Below are positions 36,820-45,971 of a stretch of 64,000 bases of DNA, in pieces. Below the pieces are notes generated by a model. That model was not told where the DNA came from. It did not search any database and saw nothing but the letters and a program-made list of their open reading frames with translations. The stretch is from assembly GCA_965278995.1 (NCBI GenBank), contig OZ257136.1, forward strand, positions 133,094 through 197,093, in the 5' to 3' direction. The translations under genes were made by a program, and so were the position numbers. The stretch is from Gammaproteobacteria bacterium. Lineage in GTDB: Bacteria > Pseudomonadota > Gammaproteobacteria > Ga0077536. The stretch's first letter is position 1; every line of letters starts with the position of its first letter.

Positions 36820-38625
36820 ATGGATAAGAAAGTCAAAGTCGATATTAGCGTGATCGAACAGACCAAGGTCGATCCGGTAACGTTCGAAGTGCTGCGCAGC
36901 ATCTTCGAGTATGCGAGTGATCGCATGTCAACCGTACTGCAGCGGGCTTCGTTCTCACCGATACTGGCCGACATGGTCGATTTTTCAAATGCGATCTACG
37001 ACTACGAAGCCAAACTGCTCAGTCAGGCGGCGAATTGTCCGGTCCATCTGGCGGCAATGAAATTCAGCGCCGAAGCGATCATCGAACAGTATCCGCTGGA
37101 GACGATGAAGCCAGGCGATGTTTATCTCGTCAACGACCCCTACAAGGGCGGCACGCATATCAACGATATGACGTTCATGATGCCGATATTCTTCGATGAC
37201 GAAATCATCGGCTTCGGCGTCAGTCGCGGGCACTGGATGGATCTCGGTGGCGGCGCTGCCGGCGGTCAGGCGTTCGCCGGTACGCATATCGCCGGAGAGG
37301 GGCTGCGCCTGCCGCCGCTCAAGCTATACGACGCGGGCGTAGTCCGCGCCGATTTGCTGGCCATCATCATGAACAACACGCGGACGCCGCACTTCGTCAA
37401 AGGCGACATGCAGGCTCATGTCGGCGCACTTCGCGCGGCGCAACAGGAAATGGAACGCGCCGCCGAGAAATACGGCATGGCGACCCTGAAAGCGGCAATG
37501 AAGCAGCTGCAGGAGTACACCGAAAGGATCGTGCGCAAGAGCATTGCCGAAATGCCGGACGGCGAGTACGAAGCGGTCGAATACGCCGATACAGACGGCC
37601 ACTCGAGCGAACCGATACCGATCAAGGTCAAGCTCATCATCAAGGGCTCGGACATCACCGTCGATTTCACTGGCAGTCCGCCGGTTGTGAAAGGCGCGAT
37701 CAATTCGCCCTATGCGAACACTGCATCGGCGACACTCTATTCGCTGCAATTCTTTCTGGCGCCGCACGCGCCGCAGAACCAGGGCATGTTCAACCCGATT
37801 ACGATCAAGCTGCCGGAGAATTGCTGGTTGAATGCGAAGTGGCCGGCACCGACCATCGGTTGCACGACGCTGACGTCGTCGAAAATCACGAGCGCCATCT
37901 GGCAGGCGCTGGCCAAGGCCTGTCCGGAAAAAATTACCGGTTCTACCAACGCCGAGTGCAACTGGTTCGTCTCGTCGGTCGTCGCGCCGGACGGTCGTTC
38001 CGACGTGTTCTCCGATCTGCCCGCTGGTGGATGGGGCGGCACGCCGTACGGCGATGGTATGAATGTGACCGAAGATCCCTTGGGCAACTGCATGAACATG
38101 CCGGCGGAAACCGCTGAGCTGCTGTTCCCGATAGCCTATGAGGCATTTGAACTGCGTACTGACAGCGGTGGTCCGGGCAAGCATCGTGGCGGGCTTGGTG
38201 CCATTTTCAAGGTGCGCTACCTTGGCGAAGGTGAATTGAGCATGGAATCGTCGCGCACCCGCGAAGGGAGCCCTGGCGTCAACGGCGGCGGGCGTTCGGA
38301 CGTTCAGCGCCAGATCAAGATCCATACCGATGGTCGCCGCGAGGTGATCGGTGGCGTCGACCCGCAAGGCAACTGGAAAAGCCCATTGCTGGCGAGTGTG
38401 CCTTTCGGCATCGGCGAGACCTTCATGTTCGAGTCCACCGGTGGCGGTGGGTGGGGCAGTGCGCTGGAGCGCGATGCGGTGGCCGTACTCGATGATGTTC
38501 TCGACGAGTACATCTCGCTTGACGCGGCGCGCTCCCGCTATGGTGTCGTGATCGACGCCAAGGCGATGGTGGTCGATACCGCAGCGACTGCCCGGCTGCG
38601 CGCAGAGCTGCGGGAAAACGCCTGA
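36820..38625 (+). CDS. Hydantoinase B/oxoprolinase subunit
   Basis: DPVTFEV, PVHL, NDPYKGGTHIND, HWMDLGG, DSGGPGKHRGGLG, GGGGWG. Confidence 0.93.
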   Translation: MDKKVKVDISVIEQTKVDPVTFEVLRSIFEYASDRMSTVLQRASFSPILADMVDFSNAIYDYEAKLLSQAANCPVHLAAMKFSAEAIIEQYPLETMKPGDVYLVNDPYKGGTHINDMTFMMPIFFDDEIIGFGVSRGHWMDLGGGAAGGQAFAGTHIAGEGLRLPPLKLYDAGVVRADLLAIIMNNTRTPHFVKGDMQAHVGALRAAQQEMERAAEKYGMATLKAAMKQLQEYTERIVRKSIAEMPDGEYEAVEYADTDGHSSEPIPIKVKLIIKGSDITVDFTGSPPVVKGAINSPYANTASATLYSLQFFLAPHAPQNQGMFNPITIKLPENCWLNAKWPAPTIGCTTLTSSKITSAIWQALAKACPEKITGSTNAECNWFVSSVVAPDGRSDVFSDLPAGGWGGTPYGDGMNVTEDPLGNCMNMPAETAELLFPIAYEAFELRTDSGGPGKHRGGLGAIFKVRYLGEGELSMESSRTREGSPGVNGGGRSDVQRQIKIHTDGRREVIGGVDPQGNWKSPLLASVPFGIGETFMFESTGGGGWGSALERDAVAVLDDVLDEYISLDAARSRYGVVIDAKAMVVDTAATARLRAELRENA

Positions 38626-38790
38626 TCGAGCGCCGTTACGGCTGAAGGCGCGCCCGCCGCCCGCGCGTGCGCGCCTGCTTCCGCAAGCGCTCGTGCAGCG
38701 CGCAAAGACGCGCTCGACGCTGATGGTGGCCGGTCTTTCGTTGGCCTGGCCAGATAACGAACAAGGGTGCTCTAGCGCCTGGGAAAGCCC

Positions 38791-40683
38791 ATGAATAATC
38801 GCAACCGCCGGACCGGCCGTGGTGCCGGTGCGCCATGGCTTGCGTCGCTGGTGATTATGCTTTGGGGGTGGGTGGCAATCGCGCAGGCTGAAGCGCCTGT
38901 AGTGCTCAGCGGCGCTGAGTTCGCGCCCATCGATCTCGGCAGGCATTGCGACGTGCTGCAGGACTCCACGCTCACCGATACGCTGGACAGTGTGCGCGGG
39001 ACTGGCGACAACCGTTTTACGCCCGCGCCTGCGGCGCCGCTCAACCTGGGCTTTACTCAGGCTCAGATCTGGCTGCGGTTTACCCTCCAATTCCCGACCA
39101 CGATGCATCACCCGGCGGTGCTGGTACTGCCGAAGCCGCTGCTCGATCACGTCGACCTGTTTAGCGTCAGTTCGAGCGGCGAAGTCGCACGCGTTGTCAC
39201 CGGCGATGCGCATCCGCATGCCACGCGGCCGTTCGATTATCGGGCGTTTGCGTTCGCGCTGGCCGCTCAGCCCGGTGCCGAAGTGCGCTATTACCTACGC
39301 GTGCATAGTCCGACGAGTGCCATCGAGGTGCCGCTCGAGCTGATGAGTGCGACGGATTTCAGTTCGATGGCCGCGCAGGAGAACTTTCTATTCGGTGGCT
39401 TTTTCGGTGTCATGTTCGGACTTGCTGTCAGTGCGCTGCTGCTCTACGCATTGACCCGTTATTCGGTGTTTGCAGCCTACTGCGCTTACACCATCGCGTT
39501 CACGATGATGGTAGCCGCCATCAATGGCTATGGCATGCAATACCTGTGGCCAGCGTCACCGCTGGCGCAACAGGTCCTCCCAACGGCGTTTACGGCGTCG
39601 AGTATTCTGACCGGCATCCTGTTCATTCGCCGCTTCTTCACCGCGCCACTCGCCTTGAAACGCGCCAATCCCCTGATGCTGCTTGCAACGGCCGTGACGA
39701 CCGCTGGCGCTATCATCCATGTGTTGTTTGCCACCCAGCTCGGCATGCAGCTCGTGATCGGCGTTGCTGTTGCATTGTGTCCGGTAGTGTTCGCGCTGTG
39801 CATTGCGAGTCTGCGCTCTGGCGATCGTGTAGCACGATATTTTCTGATTGGGTGGACCGCGTATTTTGTCGGAGTTGTCGCAGCAGCACTCGACATGCTC
39901 GGGGTGATTGAGCATTCGGTGCTGTCGGCTTACGGACTGTATTTCGGCGCGCTGGCCGAATTCGTTTCGCTGGCGGTAGCGCTGGGTGATCGCGTACGCA
40001 CACAGCAACGCGACAGGGAGCGGGAGATTGCCGCCGCCAATGCTTCACTGGCGGCGTTGAATGCGAATCTCGAGCACAGCGTTCGCGTTCGTACGCGCGA
40101 ACTCGAGGCGCGCAATCGGGAGCTGTCTGAACTGGCCGTGCGCGACAGTCTGACTGGCTTGTACAACCACAGTACCGCGATTGAATTGCTGGAGCAGCTG
40201 ATCCAGCAAAGCCAGCGTTATTCGTTCCCGGTCGCCGTGATCATGGTGGATCTGGACAACTTCAAACAGCTCAACGATACCTATGGCCATCAGGCCGGCG
40301 ATCAGGTGCTCGAAGCGATGTCGCAGACGCTGCTCGATTCAGTGCGCGGATCGGATGTCGTCGGGCGGTATGGCGGCGAAGAATTCCTGATTGGTATGCC
40401 GCATACGGATGCACCGGCCGCCCGCGAGTACGGCGAACGTTTGTTAAAACGTGTGCGAGAAATCAGCCTGCCCGGACGCAGCGCGCGCCATCTCACCGCA
40501 AGCGTCGGCGTGGCAGTGTACTACCCGCACGGTCAGCGCACTTCGGCGCCCGAACTTGTTCGCCGAGCTGACGAAGCGCTCTATCGTTCGAAGCGTGACG
40601 GTCGCGACCGCATTACGGTCGACGGCCTGAGTCTGGTAATTGCTGAGGTTTCGCCGTTCGTCAACCCGGCGACTCCGCTCTGA
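38791..40683 (+). CDS. Diguanylate cyclase with 7TMR-DISM sensor
   Basis: NLGFTQAQIWLRF extracellular domain, 7 TM helices, RDSLTGLYN, DLDNFKQLNDTYGH, RGSDVVGRYGGEEF (RxxD I-site). Confidence 0.92.
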   Translation: MNNRNRRTGRGAGAPWLASLVIMLWGWVAIAQAEAPVVLSGAEFAPIDLGRHCDVLQDSTLTDTLDSVRGTGDNRFTPAPAAPLNLGFTQAQIWLRFTLQFPTTMHHPAVLVLPKPLLDHVDLFSVSSSGEVARVVTGDAHPHATRPFDYRAFAFALAAQPGAEVRYYLRVHSPTSAIEVPLELMSATDFSSMAAQENFLFGGFFGVMFGLAVSALLLYALTRYSVFAAYCAYTIAFTMMVAAINGYGMQYLWPASPLAQQVLPTAFTASSILTGILFIRRFFTAPLALKRANPLMLLATAVTTAGAIIHVLFATQLGMQLVIGVAVALCPVVFALCIASLRSGDRVARYFLIGWTAYFVGVVAAALDMLGVIEHSVLSAYGLYFGALAEFVSLAVALGDRVRTQQRDREREIAAANASLAALNANLEHSVRVRTRELEARNRELSELAVRDSLTGLYNHSTAIELLEQLIQQSQRYSFPVAVIMVDLDNFKQLNDTYGHQAGDQVLEAMSQTLLDSVRGSDVVGRYGGEEFLIGMPHTDAPAAREYGERLLKRVREISLPGRSARHLTASVGVAVYYPHGQRTSAPELVRRADEALYRSKRDGRDRITVDGLSLVIAEVSPFVNPATPL

Positions 40684-40687
40684 TGCC

Positions 40688-41353
40688 GTGAAGGCGATCG
40701 GCGAAATCAAGGTCTGGGATCTGCCGGTACGATTGTTCCATTGGGCTCTCGTGCTGCTGGTGGGATTCTCCTGGTGGAGCGGTGAAGTCGGCGGCCTGAC
40801 GCTGCAGTATCACTTGTGGTCAGGGTACGCCATTTTGACGCTTATATTGTTTCGTCTGGCCTGGGGCGTAACCGGCAGTGAGTCCGCCCGGTTTAAGCAT
40901 TTCCTATACGGACCGCGCCGCGTCTTGCGCGCCATCGTCGAGTTGCGCAGTCGTGAACCGATGCCCTACGTCGGCCATAATCCACTCGGCGGCTGGATGG
41001 TCGCTGTCATGTTGTTGACGCTGTTGATGCAGGCCGGCAGCGGCCTGTTCGCGAATGACGACCTGTTGAACGAAGGTCCTCTTTATCGTTACGTCGGCAA
41101 GGATACGAGCGACATACTGACCGGGGTTCATCATCGTGTGTTCGTCGTCGTGCTGGCGCTGGTCGCAGTGCACGTCGCAGCGATCGCGTATCATCGTCTG
41201 CGCAAGGGCGAACACCTGGTTGCCGCGATGGTCACCGGCCGCAAACGACTGGCGATTCCCAAGCGGCCATTGCAGATGGTCGGCAGCGGGCGTGCGCTGG
41301 TTTTACTGGGTGCCTGCGCGGCGCTCGTCGTCCTGCTTGTTTATCCACGGTAA
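40688..41353 (+). CDS. Cytochrome b/b6-domain (hydrogenase b-type-like) membrane protein
   Basis: VWDLPVRLFHW, HLWSGY, GHNPLGG, HVAAI, MVTGRK. Confidence 0.9.
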   Translation: MKAIGEIKVWDLPVRLFHWALVLLVGFSWWSGEVGGLTLQYHLWSGYAILTLILFRLAWGVTGSESARFKHFLYGPRRVLRAIVELRSREPMPYVGHNPLGGWMVAVMLLTLLMQAGSGLFANDDLLNEGPLYRYVGKDTSDILTGVHHRVFVVVLALVAVHVAAIAYHRLRKGEHLVAAMVTGRKRLAIPKRPLQMVGSGRALVLLGACAALVVLLVYPR

Positions 41354-41370
41354 CGCTCGAGGAAAGAAAC

Positions 41371-41826
41371 ATGAAGATGCATTCACTGTTAACCATCGCT
41401 GTATCGGCTGCCGCTGTCGCTCTTGCCGGTCAGGCGCTGGCGGCGAAGCCGGCCGACGCCATTGAATACCGCCAGGGCATCATGATGGGTATCGGGTGGA
41501 ACATCGGCGCGCTCGGCGCCATGGTCAAGGGTGACCTGCCCTATGACCAGGCGAAGTTTGCGTTTCTCGCCGGACGCGCAGCGGTACTCGCACCCATGGC
41601 GCTGGAGGCGTTCACGCCGGATACGGCGGATACCAAATCCGAAGCGAAACCGGAACTCTGGCAGCACCTCGACGATTTCAAGAAACGCATGAAAGACCTC
41701 GAAACCGCCACTGGTAAACTGGCTGAAGTCGCCAAGGCAGGCGACGAAGCGGCGACGAAAGCCGAGTTCGGCGAGACAGTCAAAGTTTGCAAAGGCTGCC
41801 ACGACGAATACAAAGTGAAACATTGA
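41371..41826 (+). CDS. Class II cytochrome c (cytochrome c'/c556)
   Basis: Signal peptide, IEYRQGIM, AKPELW, C-terminal CKGCH. Confidence 0.92.
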   Translation: MKMHSLLTIAVSAAAVALAGQALAAKPADAIEYRQGIMMGIGWNIGALGAMVKGDLPYDQAKFAFLAGRAAVLAPMALEAFTPDTADTKSEAKPELWQHLDDFKKRMKDLETATGKLAEVAKAGDEAATKAEFGETVKVCKGCHDEYKVKH

Positions 41827-41866
41827 GGTTATTCTTTAAATCCCCCGGACCAGATGACAGACCGCC

Positions 41867-44116
41867 ATGACCGCCGCCAGCCTCCAAGCCATCGATACCC
41901 GTGAGCCCACTATCAGCGACGCCGCGAGCCACGTTCGCGTCAGCAACGGACGAATGGAAATAGCCCGCCCCCTGCACGAGCTGGTGGTACGCGAGATCCT
42001 GCCCGGACTGGGCATCGAACCGAATGCGTTCTGGGCGATGCTTGAGGAAGTCCTGGCGGAACTCGCGCCGAAGAACAATATTCTGCTGCTGAAGCGCTAC
42101 AAGCTGCAGGCCTCGATCGATACCTGGCACCAGTCACGCTGTGATGCGCCGCACGATCACTCACAGTATCGAAAGTTCCTCGAAAAAATCGGCTACCTGT
42201 TGCCTGAAGGGCCGGATTTCGCAGTCACGCCGACCAATGTCGATGCCGAGATAGCCATGCTGGCCGGTCCGCAGCTGGTCGTGCCGGTCAAGAACGCACG
42301 CTATGCCTTGAACGCGACCAACGCGCGCTGGGGCTCGCTGTACGATGCGCTGTACGGCTCCGACGTCATTCCCGAAGCCGATGGTGCGCAGCGGGCCGGA
42401 GCTTACAACCCGGTACGCGGGGCGAAAGTGATCGCTTACGCGCGCGCACTTCTCGATCAGGCTGCGCCGCTCGCACGCGGTTCGCATGCCCATGCCACGG
42501 CTTACCGTGTCGCCGATGGTCAACTTGTGGTCGTTCTCGGCAATGGCGAGTCGGTTGGGCTGGCTAACCCCGAGCGCTTCGTCGGCTACAACGGCGATGC
42601 CGATGTACCGCGCGAGATACTGGTGCGCAATAACGGTCTGCATATCATCATTCAAGTCGACGCCGAGCACAGCATCGGCCGTGGCGACGCGGCGCATATC
42701 AAGGATCTCGTACTTGAATCCGCTGTCACCACCATCCAGGACTGCGAAGATTCAGTCGCTGCCGCCGACGGTGCAGACAAAGCCGAGGTTTATCGCAACT
42801 GGCTCGGTTTGATGAACGGCACGCTCAGCGATACGTTCGAGAAAGGTGGCCGGCAGGTGACGCGTACGCTGGCGCCAGATCTTACGTTCACCGGGGCGCA
42901 GGGCCAGCCAGTAACTCTGCATGGTCGCGCGCTGCTGCTGATTCGCAATGTCGGCCATTTGATGACCAACGAAGCCGTGTTGTTGAACGGCGAAGAAGTA
43001 CCTGAGGGAATTCTCGACGCCGTCATCACCGGAACGATTGCCTTGTATGATCTGAAAGGCCTTGGCACGTTGCGTAACTCGCGCAGCGGTTCGATGTACA
43101 TCGTCAAACCAAAAATGCATGGTCCCGAGGAAGTGACATTCGCTTGCGATCTGTTCGACAAGGTGGAAGACATGCTCGGTCTGCCGCGGTACACGCTCAA
43201 GATTGGCATCATGGACGAAGAGCGCCGGACGACCGTCAACCTCAAGGAATGTATCCGCGCAGCCAAGGATCGCATCATTTTCATCAATACCGGATTCCTC
43301 GATCGCACCGGCGACGAAATTCACACGTCGATGGAAGCCGGCGTCATGGTACGCAAGGAAGCGATGAAGCAGGAGCGCTGGATCAAGGCTTACGAGAACT
43401 GGAATGTCGATGTCGGGCTCGCCTGCGGCCTGCAGGGCAAGGCGCAGATCGGCAAAGGTATGTGGCCGAAACCCGATCTCATGAAAGAGATGGTCGAGAC
43501 CAAGCATGCGCATCTGCTGGCCGGTGCAAGTACGGCCTGGGTGCCATCGCCGACCGCTGCCACCATTCACGCCATGCACTACCACCAGGTCAACGTGTGG
43601 GGCGTGCAGAACGAACTGAAAATGCGCCCACGCGCGAGCCTCGATGACATCCTTACCATTCCGCTGCTTGGCGACACGCCTTTGACACGCGAGCAGGTGC
43701 AGGCCGAACTCGACAACAATTGCCAGGGCATCCTTGGCTATGTTGTGCGCTGGATCGATCTCGGTATTGGCTGCTCGAAGGTGCCGGATATCAACGATAT
43801 CGGGCTGATGGAAGATCGCGCGACGTTGCGTATTTCCAGCCAGCACATCGCGAATTGGCTGCGTCATGATTATGTTCGCCGCCGGCATGTGCTGGAAACA
43901 TTCAAGCGCATGGCAGTTGTCGTCGATCGGCAGAACGCGAATGAGCCCGGCTACAAACCGATGTCGGCGAATTTCGATGAATCGGTGGCCTTTCAAGCCG
44001 CCTGTGAACTCGTCTTCGGCGGCGTGCATCAACCGAATGGCTATACCGAGCCGGTGCTGCATCGGCGCCGACGCGAACTGAAAGCAGCAGCGTTGAGCGC
44101 GACCGGCACGCGGTAG
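41867..44116 (+). CDS. glcB: Malate synthase G
   Basis: [71 protein letters not shown]. Confidence 0.97.
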   Translation: MTAASLQAIDTREPTISDAASHVRVSNGRMEIARPLHELVVREILPGLGIEPNAFWAMLEEVLAELAPKNNILLLKRYKLQASIDTWHQSRCDAPHDHSQYRKFLEKIGYLLPEGPDFAVTPTNVDAEIAMLAGPQLVVPVKNARYALNATNARWGSLYDALYGSDVIPEADGAQRAGAYNPVRGAKVIAYARALLDQAAPLARGSHAHATAYRVADGQLVVVLGNGESVGLANPERFVGYNGDADVPREILVRNNGLHIIIQVDAEHSIGRGDAAHIKDLVLESAVTTIQDCEDSVAAADGADKAEVYRNWLGLMNGTLSDTFEKGGRQVTRTLAPDLTFTGAQGQPVTLHGRALLLIRNVGHLMTNEAVLLNGEEVPEGILDAVITGTIALYDLKGLGTLRNSRSGSMYIVKPKMHGPEEVTFACDLFDKVEDMLGLPRYTLKIGIMDEERRTTVNLKECIRAAKDRIIFINTGFLDRTGDEIHTSMEAGVMVRKEAMKQERWIKAYENWNVDVGLACGLQGKAQIGKGMWPKPDLMKEMVETKHAHLLAGASTAWVPSPTAATIHAMHYHQVNVWGVQNELKMRPRASLDDILTIPLLGDTPLTREQVQAELDNNCQGILGYVVRWIDLGIGCSKVPDINDIGLMEDRATLRISSQHIANWLRHDYVRRRHVLETFKRMAVVVDRQNANEPGYKPMSANFDESVAFQAACELVFGGVHQPNGYTEPVLHRRRRELKAAALSATGTR

Positions 44117-44132
44117 CAGTCTGTCTGCCGAA

Positions 44133-45107
44133 GTGCCCGACTGGCTCGTTGCCGATATCGGCGGTACACACGCACGATTCGCACTGTCGGCCGGTGGCGC
44201 TTCGCCGCGGTCGGTAGAAGTCCTCGAATGCGCGGCGTTCGTGAGTCCCGGCGCGGCGATCGCGGCCTACCTCGCACGGACTGGCGCAGTCCCGACGCAG
44301 GCTTGCCTGGCGGTGGCCGGCCCCGTTAACACGAGCGCTGCCGCGGCCGACGATTTTCATTTCACCAACAACGCCTGGGCGTTCTCCCGCGCACAGCTCG
44401 CCGCCACCCTCGGCGTCGAGCGATTGGTACTCGTCAACGATTTCGAAGCGCTGGCGGTTGCCCTGCCCGAGCTTGCCGCCGACGATAGTTGCCTGATTGG
44501 CAGTGCGCTGCCTCCGGTTCTCGGCCGGCCGTTGGCTGTACTCGGGCCTGGCACCGGTCTCGGCGTCGCAACCCTCGTGCCGACTGGAACGCGCTGGCTC
44601 GCGCTGGCAGGCGAGGGTGGCCATGTCGGTTTCGCACCGCAGGACGCCGAGCAGCGCGCCATCGCTGCCATCCTGGGTCGTACCGTGTCGCGACTCAGCA
44701 ATGAAGCGTTACTTTCCGGGCCAGGACTGTCTGCAATTCATTCTGCACTTGGCGAACTCGAAGGTGCTGCGGCCGCCATGCGTAGTGCTGCTGATATCGT
44801 CGCCGCCGCGTTGAGCGGGAGCGATGAGCGCGCCCGGAGAACGGCCGAACTGTTTCTCGCCATCCTGGGCGCCGTTGCCGGTGACGTTGCACTAATGGTC
44901 GGCGCGCAAGGTGGTGTCTATATCGGCGGCGGCATCGTGCCGCGTCTGCTGCCGCTCATCGCAGGCAGCCGTTTTCGTGCGTGTTTCGAGGCCAAAGGTC
45001 TGCAGAGCGCGTATGTGTCGGCGATTCCGACTCGCGTCATTCTGGCGCCGACAGCGGCGCTGCTGGGGGCGGTTGTGATATTGAAAACGGCAGGTTCTGT
45101 GGAGTAA
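44133..45107 (+). CDS. glk: Glucokinase
   Basis: ADIGGTHARF, AVAGPV, NDFEA, GPGTGLG, GEGGH, LSGPGL, GGGI. Confidence 0.92.
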   Translation: MPDWLVADIGGTHARFALSAGGASPRSVEVLECAAFVSPGAAIAAYLARTGAVPTQACLAVAGPVNTSAAAADDFHFTNNAWAFSRAQLAATLGVERLVLVNDFEALAVALPELAADDSCLIGSALPPVLGRPLAVLGPGTGLGVATLVPTGTRWLALAGEGGHVGFAPQDAEQRAIAAILGRTVSRLSNEALLSGPGLSAIHSALGELEGAAAAMRSAADIVAAALSGSDERARRTAELFLAILGAVAGDVALMVGAQGGVYIGGGIVPRLLPLIAGSRFRACFEAKGLQSAYVSAIPTRVILAPTAALLGAVVILKTAGSVE

Positions 45108-45144
45108 CCCGGACGGATGTCGCTCCGCGACGTTGAACGCCGGT

Positions 45145-45960
45145 TCAGGGCTCATTCGTCAATCCTTCCATCAGCAAGTCAGGCCACGCCGCGGCCCAGC
45201 AGCAGGCATGGTCGTACCCTGCAATGACGCGCCAGCGTGCATCACTCTGTCGTGCTACCGCTGCACGCATCAACGCTGCCGGCACCTGCAGGTCGCGTTC
45301 GCCGAACCAGTGCATCTGACGCACGCTTGCCGGTAACGGTGGTGCGTCAGCCGGATTCAACGAATCCGCCAGCGGTGGGTAGCGATGATGTTTCGCCCAG
45401 GCGGTGACATCGAGATTGGCGACGATGGTCAATACGCGATCGACCCGGCGCAGACGCGGCGCGATCAGCATGGCGAGCGCGCCGCCGCCGCTGTAGCCGA
45501 TCAGCACTACCGGTGAGTCCGGCAGCGCAGCCAGCGCCTGGTTCAGCGCAGCGGCCATCGCTGCGACCACCATCTCGCTGTAGCGTGCCGTTGTCCATAA
45601 CGCTGGATCGCAGGTACTGTTATCGCGGTAATAGCACGGGCGACCGACCAGCAGGCTGGGCGCATTGTCACGTTGTATCAGGTCGAGGATCAGGTGAGTA
45701 CGAGTGGTCGGATCGGCTGTTGGTTGCAGACGCGAGCGCAACGGCGTGCCATCGCCGTCGAAATAGACATGCACCGGCACGCCGGCAACTGGCATACCAC
45801 GGCGGAATACGAGTACTTTATCCGCTCCGGCGCCGAATTCCTGCGCGACGAGCCCGCGTTCAGCTGCGTCTGCAAGGAATTTCCCGGCAGGAGTCGCGCA
45901 CCCGGACAGGTGCGCGGCCAGCACCGCGGCCAGCGCAAGCTGGGCCGCGATGTTGAATCG
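45145..45960 (-). CDS. Alpha/beta-hydrolase, probable lipoprotein
   Basis: Lipobox LSGC, VYFDGDG, RPCY, nucleophile GYSGG, GERD, DHACCW; true start unclear. Confidence 0.75.
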   Translation of the reverse strand, partial: RFNIAAQLALAAVLAAHLSGCATPAGKFLADAAERGLVAQEFGAGADKVLVFRRGMPVAGVPVHVYFDGDGTPLRSRLQPTADPTTRTHLILDLIQRDNAPSLLVGRPCYYRDNSTCDPALWTTARYSEMVVAAMAAALNQALAALPDSPVVLIGYSGGGALAMLIAPRLRRVDRVLTIVANLDVTAWAKHHRYPPLADSLNPADAPPLPASVRQMHWFGERDLQVPAALMRAAVARQSDARWRVIAGYDHACCWAAAWPDLLMEGLTNEP

Positions 45961-45971
45961 TCGAGGCGCGC

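Noticed and set aside
37324-39219. 631-aa minus-strand ORF, and similar long ORFs at 42752-44062, 60067-61644, 34593-36080 and 20192-21409
   Set aside because: Antisense shadows of well-supported genes, expected in GC-rich DNA, with no recognisable motifs.
40688-41353. Hydrogenase operon
   Set aside because: Only the b-type cytochrome domain paired with cytochrome c' is present; there are no hydrogenase subunits.
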